A DNA stretch of 37,513 bases from Nemertoderma westbladi (GCA_032718475.1 JAUCBJ010001160.1:1-37513); one strand, 5' to 3'; positions 1 to 11,771 are shown, numbered from the stretch's first letter. The notes: generated by a model not told the origin, from the letters alone. Numbers and translations are program-made.

Positions 1-325
1 TGGGTGTCTACATAGCCACCCTGCATAAAAGTATCAGACAACTTTTCGAAAATTTTTATGTATAAAATTTGTACATTACCAAGTATTAGCATAAATTTGC
101 AGTGCCAACTAGCGGTGCAGAATTATTTTCAAAAAATTTCGCCTGATAGTTATGTTACCCAATCTTTGATCTTTGATCTTAAAACTTTCATGCAAGGCCT
201 ACTGTACTAAAGGCCGTGCAACCGTGCAGCACTGAAGGCTGACTGGAGGCTGACCTACAATACAGCAATACACAATACTGCAATAGGCTGATAGGGCTGG
301 CTACTGGTATTTGAATTGAATTCTG

Positions 326-479
326 AGCTCTAACCGGTTTCAGCCCCAATGGTCATTTTACCTACTGACCTACCCTACCGTAGTGCGATTCGGATTAATT
401 AGGGTTTGGGCCGCCACACTGTAACTGTAACCTGGGCTAAAAAAAATTCGAAAAATTGGGGCTGAAACCGGTTATTCCC
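326..479. mobile_element. Small MITE-like insertion inside the P element 5' region
   Basis: Perfect 20-bp inverted repeat TAACCGGTTTCAGCCCCAAT (331-350) / ATTGGGGCTGAAACCGGTTA (455-474). Each arm lies 5 bp inside an 8-bp direct repeat GAATTCTG (318-325, 480-487). Confidence 0.65.
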
Positions 480-549
480 GAATTCTGGAATTTCAGTAGG
501 CCCACCGACTGACCGATATACAGATATAGGCCTACAGTGTAGAACTAGA

Positions 550-3078
550 ATGCCATTAAAGTGCTGTGTGTTCGGTTGCCGGTCGAATTACGATGGAAGT
601 TCATCCGGTACCGGTAGGCCTACTAAAGAACACGTCCCGGTTTACCGGTTACCAACAGACGAGGGAGAACGGCGCCGATGGATTGCAGCTATTCCGAGAG
701 AGAATATCCCAGAAACTAAGAACACGGTTGTTTGTGCAAAGCATTGGCCATCTGATTTCCCGACTGTTGTGGTGAAAGGGAAGAAGAAACCTATTAATCC
801 ACCGTCTGTTTTTCCTTCTATACCCAAAAGTCTTGTTCCTACACCACCAGAACCTCCTCGACCAACTAAACGCTCATTATCATCAATACGGTCGTTGCAA
901 CCTGATGAAATGGGTCAATTTAGTAAACAAGATGACATTGTATCCATTGTAAGCATTATGTCAACTTCCGGTTCCAAATTATTTACGTTGCCGGATGATG
1001 TGATAACTTATCGTTGTGGAGATGATATTCATATCCAATCAATAAACTATACTGAAGGCATTCCAAAGTTTCTAATCAAACTACAACCTACTTTTTCGTT
1101 TAATGCATTTCATTGTGGAGTAGCTTGCTGTATTACGACGCTGAGCCAGCTACGTATAACAACATTGAATAAGTGGTCTCGTCTGTTAGAAGCTGTTCGG
1201 TTTCTTAACAACCTCGAAGTGGATCATAAGAAGAGCATACTGTTGGATCACATTGTTACCGCAGGAAAGGCCATTCAACGGGCGTCGACATCTCGTCTTT
1301 ATTCGATGGAGATGATTGTACGATCATTTGTTTACTTTGCAACGTCACGATCAACTTATCAGAAGCTGCGAACCGATTATCAACTACCAAGTGCTCGAAC
1401 ATTGATGTCATTAACTTCTGCTATCAGCCACTTTGACAATGATACGTTGATTGCATCTATAATTGGAAATATCGACGAGAGACAACGTTTATGTTGCATA
1501 ATTATAGACGAAATGAAGATTAAATCTGCTCTCACTTATCATGGTGGGCAAGTGTTCGGTTATGCTGTGAATCAAGACACACGACAGTTAGCAAACTCAA
1601 TGCTGGCATTCCAAATTAAATGTCTGTTTGGTGGTCCTTCATTTTTATACAAGTTTTTGCCTGTAGTTGGGTTAGATGCTCAGTTTCAGTATTCGCAGTG
1701 TACTCAGATTATGAATGCCTTTGGTGTTTCTGGAGTGACTATTCTGTGTATATTAGTTGATGGAAATCGAGTAAACCAACGATTTTTTAAATCTTTTCCA
1801 ACTGTACCGGGCAAACCTTGGCTGTCTGTTGAAGGGACGTTTCTACTCTTTGACTACGTTCATTTATTTAAATGTATAAGAAACAATTGGATAACGGAAA
1901 GAACTGGCGAATTGTTTTACAATTATTGTGGTAAGACTGGTGTTGCCAAGTGGTCACACCTCGTCAATTTGTTTGAATCGGAGAAACAAAGTTTAGTGTA
2001 CTTGTCGCGTTTGAATGATGCTGCAGTCCATCCCAAACCTATAGAGCGACAGCGCGTAGGGTTGTGTTTGCGTGTTTTTTGCGAACAGACTATCGCAGCA
2101 TTCGAATCATCAACTGTTATTGACCGTAGTGAAGTTCAAGATACTGCCGAGTTTCTTAAAATTATGGTGAGATTTTGGAACATTGTTAATGTGCGAACTG
2201 TTGATGCCAATATTCGTACAAGAGATGAGGATCGTGCTGTTATAAGATCAAACTCTGATCCACGTTTACAGACATTGTTAGACATCGCTGATATGGCGGA
2301 ATCAATGACCCACAAAGGTAAACCCCAATAACGATGTCGAACGCTCACTAAAGATACTGGCAACGCTTTGTAACATACATGTCGCGGACTTGTGGACTTA
2401 GTTCGAAAGCGCTTAGAAACGTGTGAATTTGTTATGATAGGTGACCATAACAGCGATGATGTTGAAAGCACCTTTGGTATCTTACGTCAAGGTTCTGGTG
2501 GTACGTATTTCATTAACAGCCAGCAAGCATTACTAAAGTCTCGCATTCTGGTTGCAAGGCTTGTACTGGAACTGGGTAATGAGGTCGACGGCACTCTATA
2601 TCACAGCCACGAATGTGAGAACTGTACAGCTTCACTCAATGATGCTGAATTCGAAATTCTAGACAGTCTAGATGAACTTGAAGACTCAATTTCCTGCGAT
2701 AATAAACAAGCTCTTGTGTATATTGCAGGTTATATAACAAAAAATGAGAATGATAATGACGACGAGAAACAATATTACCGACAATATGGCGGTTATTTAA
2801 ATAGGCTAGACCGTGGAGGTTTGAAGAAACCTAGTGACAATACATGCAAATTTACCTTCTACTGTTTTATACTTTATATTAATTTAAAAACGCCATTTTG
2901 CCGTAAATCCCTGTGTTCGTTCTTTACTTATATCTCATCGGCTCACTCATTTCAAATTTCGCATGAATCGGTACGAAAACTAGTCAACATTTTTATTAAA
3001 AACGATTGCATATTAAAAACACCCCGTTCTTCGAAAGAGAGTGCTCAAAAGAAAATAAAATTATCGGATTCCTATTAG
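550..3078 (+). pseudogene. P-element/THAP9-like transposase, one reading frame (about 842 codons) interrupted by two in-frame TAA codons
   Basis: N-terminal THAP C2CH finger (CCVFGC...P...W...VCAKHW). RNase H-like catalytic motifs IIIDEMKIK, LVDGNRVN, FDYVHLFKCIRNNW and DDVESTFGILRQGSGG, plus LVYIAGYI and RGGLKKPS. ORFs 550-2331 and 2392-3078 are in the same frame, with stops at 2329-2331 and 2371-2373. Confidence 0.9.
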
Positions 3079-3880
3079 AAACGTTTACTATTATATATAA
3101 TTGATTATAATTACAAATAACTTAACTATAACTATATATACAGTAGTTATAAATAATAACTATACAATGTACTACTATTGCTATTTAATTTGTGCTACCG
3201 CTATATAATGTAATACTTATATTTGTGGATTTGTGCTATATTCGACATGTAAAGTTGTACTTGAAAATAACCAAATTATTGAAGATATATGAAGATAACA
3301 TACTTCGTGTCACCTTTTCATTCCTTTCTCTTAGATAACTGTGCAGAACGTACTATTTGCAATAAATTGAGACTAATCGCAATGTAAATCAGTTGATCTT
3401 TAGGTAAAGGATCTTTTGATTTTCTTTATCTAAAAAGATCAACGGATCTACAGTACGATTATGATTCAACCGGTAAACATCGCAAGGCACCTTCCTTCCT
3501 TTTCTGGATAAATTGAATTTTCACCAAACACCAAATTCTAGTTTCTGTCCAACTTGGTGGTAGATTTGTTGTTTGTGTTCGGATTAAATTGGATTTTAAC
3601 TATAATCTAACTATAAATGATAATCTAAACTGTAGTATAACCATACCCCTAGTCGATTTTTCACAATTATTGATGGATGTATGTTGGACAATGTATGTTA
3701 AAATTGGAGTAAACGTGTTCAGCCTCCAGTGGATCTTCACTCCTGCACGGTTGCATGGCCTTTAGTACAGTAGGCCTTGCTTTCATGTGATTAGATTCAA
3801 AACTGTAAAAGCCTTAGGGTTTTAAGCTCAACCACGTTTTTTTATTGTTAACTATTATTAACTAATATTAAATAGCGAAA

Positions 3881-4114
3881 GGCGGGGTAGCTCAGTTGGT
3901 AGAGCGCCAGGCCTGCAATCTATTGGTTGTAGGTTCAGCCCCGCCAGGGTCCACTCAGCCTTTCATCCACTGGGGTCGATAAAATGAGTACCAGTTAAAT
4001 AACTGGGAGCAAATCATGGGATAGGAGTAGCGCCCACCCCTACCCTCGGGTAGCAGCTATCGAAAGAGGAGCCTTCGGGTCGCCTCCAGCTTCGGCCGAC
4101 TGTTTGCTTGCTTG
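3881..4114 (+). mobile_element. tRNA-derived SINE
   Basis: tRNA-like head with A box TAGCTCAGTTGG and B-box-like GGTTCAGCCCC. Central ACTCAGCCTTTCATCC...GGTCGATAAAATGAGTACCAG block, (TTGC)n tail, and 11-bp TSD AAATAGCGAAA (3870-3880, 4115-4125). Confidence 0.9.
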
Positions 4115-4365
4115 AAATAGCGAAAAAAAAATTTTCTGGCCTGTCGTGTAGAATAGCAGCATCTTAGGTACCTATATTCCAAATTAAAGCAAAACCAAAT
4201 AATTTGAAGAGCTGAGCGTGATAAATCGAAGACTTTCCCAAAAATTGTGTACCCCCCCCCCCCCCCCCCCCCTTAATATGTCTCTTAAAGTACGTGCTTT
4301 ATTTCGTGTATGTTGGTCACTTAACCAAGTTTTCAAATGTAATGTTTTAGATACCTAAGGAGATT

Positions 4366-4445
4366 ATGGAGCCACCATCTCTACCCCATAGAAGAACTGT
4401 GGTTGTTAGCACAAAGCATGCACAGTCATCCGCTTTAGTTGTAAG
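4366..4445 (+). CDS. TTLL11: TTLL11-like tubulin polyglutamylase, coding exon 1
   Basis: Encodes MEPPSLPHRRTVVVSTKHAQSSALVV(R). An in-frame acceptor TTTTAG| at 4350/4351 suggests a further upstream exon. Donor is probably AG|GCGAGT. Model 4366-4445, 4685-4864, 5038-6038, 6361-6609, 6987-7177 = 1701 nt, 566 aa. Confidence 0.7.
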
Positions 4446-4684
4446 GCGAGTGAAACAAATAGTTCATACGGATAATCATTCGATTATCTATTAAATTATT
4501 TACAATCTATGTACTGTTCAGTACCATTATTGCTGAAACGTTTGCTAATAAAGACACTGGTAATTCGCAATCGTTACGGTGTTGTAGCCTCTATTGACTA
4601 GCCTCAATATGATCTTAAAACATATATCCATACCAATATCTATTAATTTATAATACAATATATTTTTCCTTTACTTTGTCACAG

Positions 4685-4864
4685 AAAGTGTATTGAGGAG
4701 TTGGGTTGGAAGGAACAACCACCGAGTTCTGACAGGCCTTGCGATATTTATTGGCATGGAGTGTCCTTCTTCGATGGTGAAGTTGCTATCAACTCAAGAG
4801 TGAACAAATTCCCAAACATGATCGAACTGTCAAAGAAAGCTTCTCTTACAAGGCTTATGAGGAG
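4685..4864 (+). CDS. TTLL11: TTLL11-like, coding exon 2
   Basis: CAG| acceptor and AG|GTGGGT donor. Encodes KCIEELGWKE...PCDIYWHGVSF...VNKFPNM, matching the recalled TTLL11 N-terminal TTL region. Phases fit both neighbours. Confidence 0.92.
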
Positions 4865-5037
4865 GTGGGTGAACTAGTTGTTTATATGTTTAGATATTGA
4901 TGTTTAAATGTACTAAATTGTATATATGATTGTAATTTTAGTTGTGATGTTGTAATGTTTGTGAAAGGGTTTTAATTACTTAATGATGCAAGTTGTGCTG
5001 TGGTAAACATCTGTATTCAAATAAATTGATGTTTCAG

Positions 5038-6038
5038 ATCCGCCGATTTGTTCCCTGATGAATTCAACTTTTATCCCCGGAGTTGGATACTTCCAGACGA
5101 ATACCAAGAATTCTGTCAGGATGTAAAAAACAAAAAACTCTTAGCTAAGACCAGCGACAGCAAGATTTCTTTGTTTATTGCAAAACCAGATAGCGGGTCG
5201 CAGGGCGATGGAATATTTATTTTCCAACGTCCTGAGGAAATGTTGGACTTTCACCTTGATAACAAGGTGTTTGTTGTGCAGGAATATATTGATCGTCCTC
5301 TGTTGTTGGAGAATCTAAAGTTCGACTTTCGTGTTTATGTAATTATAACTCGGCTGGACCCCCTACAAGTTTATTTATATCGGGAAGGTATGGCACGTTT
5401 GTGTACCATACCCTACCAAAGACCATGCAAGGAAAACTTACACAGGGTCTTTATGCATCTCACTAATTACTCGCTTAATAAACACAGCGCCACTTACATC
5501 CATACTGAAAGTAATAATAAAGGAAGTAAACGGACTTTAAATGCAGTGATAGACAAGTTGCAGACAAGAGGGATTGATACATCTTGTTTCTGGGATAGAA
5601 TCGAGGAAGTTTGTGTAAAAACAGTGTTGACGATGGCTCCTGATCTATTGATAGCACATCGGGCCCAGACCAGGGGGACTTACACACCTAAATGCTTCCA
5701 GATACTCGGTTTGGATATTCTTATGCGTGATGATTTAGTTCCTTTTTTACTGGAAGTGAATGCGAATCCTAGTCTGAGCATCGAACACGAAATGGAAGTA
5801 ACTGCTGGAGTTATTGATACGGTCATTAGTCCTGTTGATGAAGATATTAAGTTCCCGGTAGTTATGGAAACTCTGAAACTCACGTGCCCTCGTTGGGCTA
5901 AGATGCAGATGAATATGGGTGCTAAGAAGGAGAAACCTAGACCAACTACCGTCTCTGGGAATCTGTTAGCTACGGAAACGTTCATGCCGGACCCGAGTAT
6001 ATTGTTTGGAAGTTGGGTGACGAAAGAAGATATAAAAG
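5038..6038 (+). CDS. TTLL11: TTLL11-like, coding exon 3 (ATP-grasp core)
   Basis: FPDEFNFYPRSWILPDE, KPDSGSQGDGI, VVQEYIDRPLL, KFDFRVYV, MHLTNYSLN, CFQILGLDIL, LLEVNANPS. TTTCAG| acceptor and G|GTAGGG donor. Confidence 0.95.
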
Positions 6039-6360
6039 GTAGGGTGGGCTCTTTAATTACTCGATGCAATGCAGTTGGCAGCTGAATAATAAATACTACT
6101 ATCTTACAAAATACAAATAAACTAAGTAATAAACATTAAATATTATACTCTTCCTACAGTTCCTACAATACTGAGTGAAACAAGTCCAGAACTAAAGGAA
6201 TTTTTTTTAGTTTAAGTAGTAAGAAATAAATATAGTAAATTTTTAATTAAATGGTTTATCATACTTTTTAAATTCAAAGTTTTGAATAGATTTTAAATTT
6301 GCCCTATTAACATGAACTCTACGATTTACATATATTGTATATATTTTACCCAAAACGCAG

Positions 6361-6609
6361 TATTCGAAGATATTTACTCGAAGCATGCTGCGAAATACCA
6401 GAAATTGAGAGTTGTGGATAGAATCGCAGAAATCTTTGTTAAATGCCTCGGACTCAGAAAGACAGCAACTCGCATGTCGGCAACAAACTTCAGAACATTT
6501 ACCCGGAAATGTCGTATTAATGATGCAAGAATAACCACAGCATCTATAGACCTCCTTTATATTGATGTTAACAGAAGATGGAGTGGGGTGCATCCTAGAA
6601 ATATATTAG
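6361..6609 (+). CDS. TTLL11: TTLL11-like, coding exon 4
   Basis: CGCAG| acceptor and G|GTAAGT donor. LRVVDRIAEIF...FRTFTRKC...IDLLYIDVNRRW matches the recalled TTLL11 C-terminal domain. Confidence 0.9.
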
Positions 6610-6986
6610 GTAAGTTGCTCATTTTAGGAATTTATTACGTACTTTTTGAGAGATGATTGAATTGAATTTAGTTAATTTAGTTCCAGGATGGAAGAGTTTA
6701 GGTTTAAGTGCATATGTGTAGGCCTACTTAATCGAAGGATGTATTTAGATGTTCATTTATTTTTATCCCGATTTTGAATATTTCAACATATTTTTTGAGG
6801 TGTTTTTAGTGGAAAACCATGCTATCGGCAGTAGTGGTATGCCTGCAGGTGTGTATAACAGTAGAGATTCATTATATTTCTTTCATTTAATCTGTATTTG
6901 CAATAGGTATATTTCAGGCTCATAAGTACATAAGCCTAACCTACTGACCTACTAACCTACCTACATATCTGTAAATTACTTGACAG

Positions 6987-7177
6987 GTTTGTCCTTTGAA
7001 GCTTTTCTCGATGCCTTCGCCACTCTCGCTACCAGGAGGTTTAGATTTGGTTCCAAATATAGTCGAATTGAAAATCTCGTTAGCCACTGCCAGGGGGCGT
7101 TGGAAGAAGAGCCTAAACATCCGTGGCTAAGGGCGGCTGGAGGTGATAGACATAAGGGGCGATCATCTAGGGAATGA
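6987..7177 (+). CDS. TTLL11: TTLL11-like, final coding exon
   Basis: GACAG| acceptor, phase 1. Encodes GLSFEAFLDAFATLATRRF...LVSHC and ends in TGA. Confidence 0.88.
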
Positions 7178-8047
7178 TGTCGTAGCAGTTGGAACATCAA
7201 ACAGTAATTATTATTGCGCTATAGAGTAGAAAAGTGCAGAGTCATATACATATCAATAATTTTAATTAATATATTATTAAATTATTTCGTCTACTTACCT
7301 TTAAACCTTCGTTCAAATAATACCGTATATTTTTAAGGTTCAATTTATTATATTTAATTTTCTATGCATTTTATGCAACATATATGAATGGAGGATTAAA
7401 GTTTCTATAATTTTTATTATTTTTTTCAATATTTCGACATTCATACAGTAATTCTTACATCATGTCTTTTCTAATGCTCATCGATCTCATATATGGCGGA
7501 AATGGTCTGGTTTGTTTCAAAAGTCGGAGAGTGACATGAGGAGTTTGGATTATTTGTTTAGCATCGTTACTATTATGGGTTATGTGAAGGTTTGTTTACG
7601 TGTAAACAACAACCATCTAGACACTGTCGCTAATAATATGCTATAAAAAATGCAATATAATCTAATATAACACTTGAGTATTGATTGACACTTAATGTTT
7701 AACATTTTTTATGTTTTCAGAAAAAGCGTTAATTTTATATTCCATGTGTCCAATTGGTGTAAAAAAATCGTTATTAAAAATATTCGAGAACAAAAAAATA
7801 TATGTTCTAGAAAATTAATATTTTTTCAATAAATAACAAATAACAATTAATAATGCCACTAATTATAAACTCAATAATACAAAGAGTTGAATTTCATAAA
7901 ATCTACATGCTCTATAAATTGCTTATAACATAATTTATCTTTGTTATTAATTTCTCTTTATTTATTTTTTTACATTACGTTTTGGAATATGTTTAGATTA
8001 ACTGTGTTTGGATGTGCAGGTGCACTTGGAATCTCAGGGGTTGGTTT

Positions 8048-11000
8048 ACGGGTGGGTGTGTACATGGGATCACACCCAAGCTGGGGTACGGGTGGGTGGG
8101 TACATGGGATCACACCCAAGGTGGGTGTGTATATGGGATCACACCCAAGCTGGCGTACGGATGGGTGGGGACATGGGTTCACACCCAAGCTGGTGTACGG
8201 GTGGGTGGGTACATGGGATTACCTCAAGCTGGCGTACGGGTGGATGGGTACATGGGTTCACACCCAAGCTGGGGTACGGGTGGGTGGGTACATGGGATGA
8301 CACCCAAGGTGGGTGTGTATATGGGATCACACCCAAGCTGGCGTACGGATGGGTGGGTACATGGGTTTACACCCAAGCTGGCGAACGGGTGGGTTGGTAC
8401 ATGGGATCACCTCAAGCTGACGTACGGGTGGGTGGGTAGATGGGATCACCTCAAGCTGGCGTACGGGTGGGTGGGTACATGGTATCACACTCAAGCTGGG
8501 GTACGGGTGGATGGGTACATGGGATGACCTCAAGTTGGCGTACGGGTGGGTGGGTACATGGGTTCACACCCAAGCTGGGGTACGGATGGGTGGGTACATG
8601 GGATCACCTCAAGCTGGCGTACGGGTAGATGGGTACATGGGATCACACCCAAGCTGGGGTACGGGTGGATGGGTACATGGGATCACCTCAAGCTGGCGTA
8701 CGGGTGGGTGGGTACATGGGATCACCTCAAGCTGGCGTACGGGTGGGTGGGTACATGGGATCACACCCAAGCTAGAGTACGGGTGGGTGGGTACATGGGT
8801 TCACACCCAAGCTAGAGTACGGGTGGGTGTGTACATGGGTTCACACCCAAGCTGGGGTACGGGTGGGTGGGTACATGGGATCACCTCAAGCTGGCGTACG
8901 GGTGGGTGGGTACATGGGATCACCTCAAGCTGGCGTACGGGTGGGTGGGTACATGGGATCACACCCAAGCTAGAGTACGGGTGGGTGGGTACATCGGTTC
9001 ACACCCAAGCTGGGGTACGGATGGGTGGGTACATGGGATCACCTCAAGCTGGCGTACGGGTAGGTGGGTACACGGTATCACACCCAAGCTGGGGTACGGG
9101 TGGATGGGTACATGGGATCACCTCAAGCTGGCGTACGGGTGGGTGGGTACATGGGATCACCTCAAGCTGGCGTACGTGTGGGTGGGTACATGGGATCACA
9201 CCCAAGCTAGAGTACGGGTGGGTGGGTACATGGGTTCACACCCAAGCTGGGGTACGGGTGGGTGGGTACATGGTATCACACCCAAGCTAGAGTACGGGTG
9301 GGTGGGTACATGGGTTCACACCCAAGCTGGGGTACGGGTGGGTGGGTACATGGGATCACCTCAAGCTGGCGTACGGGTGGGTGGGTACATGGTATCACAC
9401 CCAAGCTGGGGTACGGGTGGATGGGTACATGGGATCACCTCAAGCTGGCGTACGGGTGGGTGGGTACATGGGATCACACCCAAGCTAGAGTACGGGTGGG
9501 TGGGTACATCGGTTCACACCCAAGCTGGGGTACGGATGGGTGGGTACATGGGATCACCTCAAGCTGGCGTACGGGTAGATGGGTACATGGGATCACACCC
9601 AAGCTGGGGTACGGGTGGATAGGTACATGGGATCACCTCAAGCTGGCGTACGGGTGGGTGGGTACATGGGATCACCTCAAGCTGGCGTACGGGTGGGTGG
9701 GTACATGGGATCACACCCAAGCTAGAGTACGGGCGGGTGGGTACATGGGTTCACACCCAAGCTGGGGTACGGGTGGGTGGGTACATGGTATCACACCCAA
9801 GCTAGAGTACGGGTGGGTGGGTACATGGGTTCACACCCAAGCTGGGGTACGGGTGGGTGGGTACATGGGATCACCTCAAGCTGGCGTACGGGTGGGTGGG
9901 TACATGGTATCACACCCAAGCTGGGGTACGGGTGGATGGGTACATGGGATCACCTCAAGCTGGCGTACGGGTGGGTGGGTACATGGGATCACCTCAAGCT
10001 GGCGTACGGGTGGGTGGGTACATGGGATCACACCCAAGCTAGAGTACGGGTGGGTGGGTACATGGGTTCACACCCAAGCTGGGGTACGGGTGGGTGGGTA
10101 CATGGGATCACACCCAAGCTGGGGTACGGGTGGGTGGGTACATGGGATCACCTCAAGCTGGCGTACGGGTGGGTGGGTACATGGGATAACACTCAAGCTG
10201 GCGTACGGGTGGATGGGTACATGGGATCACCTCAAGCTGGCGTACGGGTGGGTGGGTACATGGGATCACCTCAAGCTGGCGTACGGGTGGGTGGGTACAT
10301 GGGATCACCTCAAGCTGGCGTACGGGGGGGGGTGTGGGTACATGTTATCACACCCAAGCTGGGGTACGGGTGGGTGGGTACATGGGTTCACACCCAAGCT
10401 GGGGTACGGGTGGGTGTGTACATGGGTTCCCACCCTAGCTGGGGTACGGGTGGGTGGGTACATGGGTTCACACCCAAGCTGGGGTAAGGGTGGCTGGGTA
10501 CATGGGTTCACATCCAAGGTGGGGTACGGGTGGGTGGTTACACGGGATCACCTCAAGCTGGCGTACGGGTATATGGGTACATGGGATCATCTCAAGCTGG
10601 CGTACGGGTGGGTGGGTACATGGGTTCACACCCAAGCTGGGGTACGGATGGGTGAGTACATTGGTTCACACCCAAGCTGGGGTACGGGTGGGTGGGTACA
10701 TGGGTTCACACCCAAGCTGGGGTACGGGTGGGTGGGTACATGGGTTCACACCCAAGCTGGGGTACGGGTGGCTGGGTACATGGGTTCACACCCAAGGTGG
10801 GGTACGGGTGGGTGGTTACACGGGATCACCTCAAGCTGGCGTACGGGTGGGTGGGTACATGGGATCACCTCAAGCTGGCGTACGGGCGGGTAGGTACATT
10901 GGATCACCTCAAGCTGGCGTACGGGTGGGTGGGTACACGGTATCACACCCAAGCTGGGGTACGGGTGGGTGGGTACATGGGTTCACACCCAAGCTGGGGT

Positions 11001-11155
11001 ACGGGTGGGTGGGTACATGGGTTCACACCCAAGCTGGGGTACGGGTGGGGGGTACATGGGTTCACACCCAAGGTGGGGTACGGGTGGGTGGGTACATGGG
11101 TTCACACCCAAGGTGGGGTACGGGTGGGTGGGTACATGGGTTCACACCCAAGGTG
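8048..11155 (+). repeat. G-rich 39/40-bp minisatellite (about 78 units)
   Basis: Units GGGTACGGGTGGGTGGGTACATGGGTTCACACCCAAGCTG (40 bp) and GCGTACGGGTGGGTGGGTACATGGGATCACCTCAAGCTG (39 bp), with strong G/C strand skew. Confidence 0.97.
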
Positions 11156-11771
11156 GAGGGTCTGCATAGTAAACCATAAGATGAATAGAAGTCATAATAT
11201 ATTATTTTTCTTCTTAAAATATATTTCTATAGTGCAATAAAATTTAATGAGTGATAAACTATAAACCGTGACTATCAGTAGCTGTACTTTTAACAATAAT
11301 TAAAAAACTATATACAATACAAAAAGCCGAACTGATAATTAGTAATACTAATATCTGCTCAATATATAAAATAAAAACTGTACAAAGCACTACCTAAATA
11401 ATTAATTCTAAATACAATACATAACATAATCTATACAATTAATTGTCAGTATAATAATTTGTACTGTGTGAGTATCCTTAACATAATTTATAAACTGGTA
11501 AAACTGTTATAACTATAAATTTATATAACGCTCTTGAATTCATAATAAAAAAGGCTCGGTTTGACTCCAGTTTGATTGGTGCGTTATAGAACCAATTGTC
11601 TGTGTGCTTTTGGTATTGATACCATTTTCAGCATCTGAAATGATCTCTATGGAGACTGAAGAGGTAGTTTGTGTAGGACTACAGTTTATATCGAATTGCA
11701 CCCGTTTGTTATTACTGCATGTTGTCTGGTCTTTATAACCTATGGAGATAATTAATATAATGACTTGTCAA

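Larger units (their letters stand above)
193..3779 (+). mobile_element. Full-length P-superfamily (THAP9-like) DNA transposon
   Basis: Imperfect 61-bp TIRs at 193-253 (CAAGGCCTACTGTACTAAAGGCCGTGCAACCGTGCAG...) and 3719-3779, with about 7 mismatches and CA...TG termini. Perfect 8-bp TSD CTTTCATG at 185-192 and 3780-3787. Internal THAP-transposase frame. Confidence 0.95.

Noticed and set aside
2329-2373. TAA reassignment to a sense codon
   Set aside because: The TTLL11 and Shaw models contain no internal TAA/TAG, and Shaw ends in TAG, so the standard code fits.
6160-6174. Phase-compatible 15-nt micro-exon in TTLL11 intron 3
   Set aside because: The acceptor is good but the donor (A|GTGAAA) is weak and there is no homology support.
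5475-6593. Antisense ORFs over TTLL11 (and over the transposase, Shaw and LINEs)
   Set aside because: They are shadow frames of real coding sequence with no motifs of their own.
7941-11240. Many long G/W/Y/H/T-rich ORFs (up to 543 aa)
   Set aside because: They are open in all three frames and shift with the 39/40-bp unit lengths, so they are a by-product of a stop-poor minisatellite.
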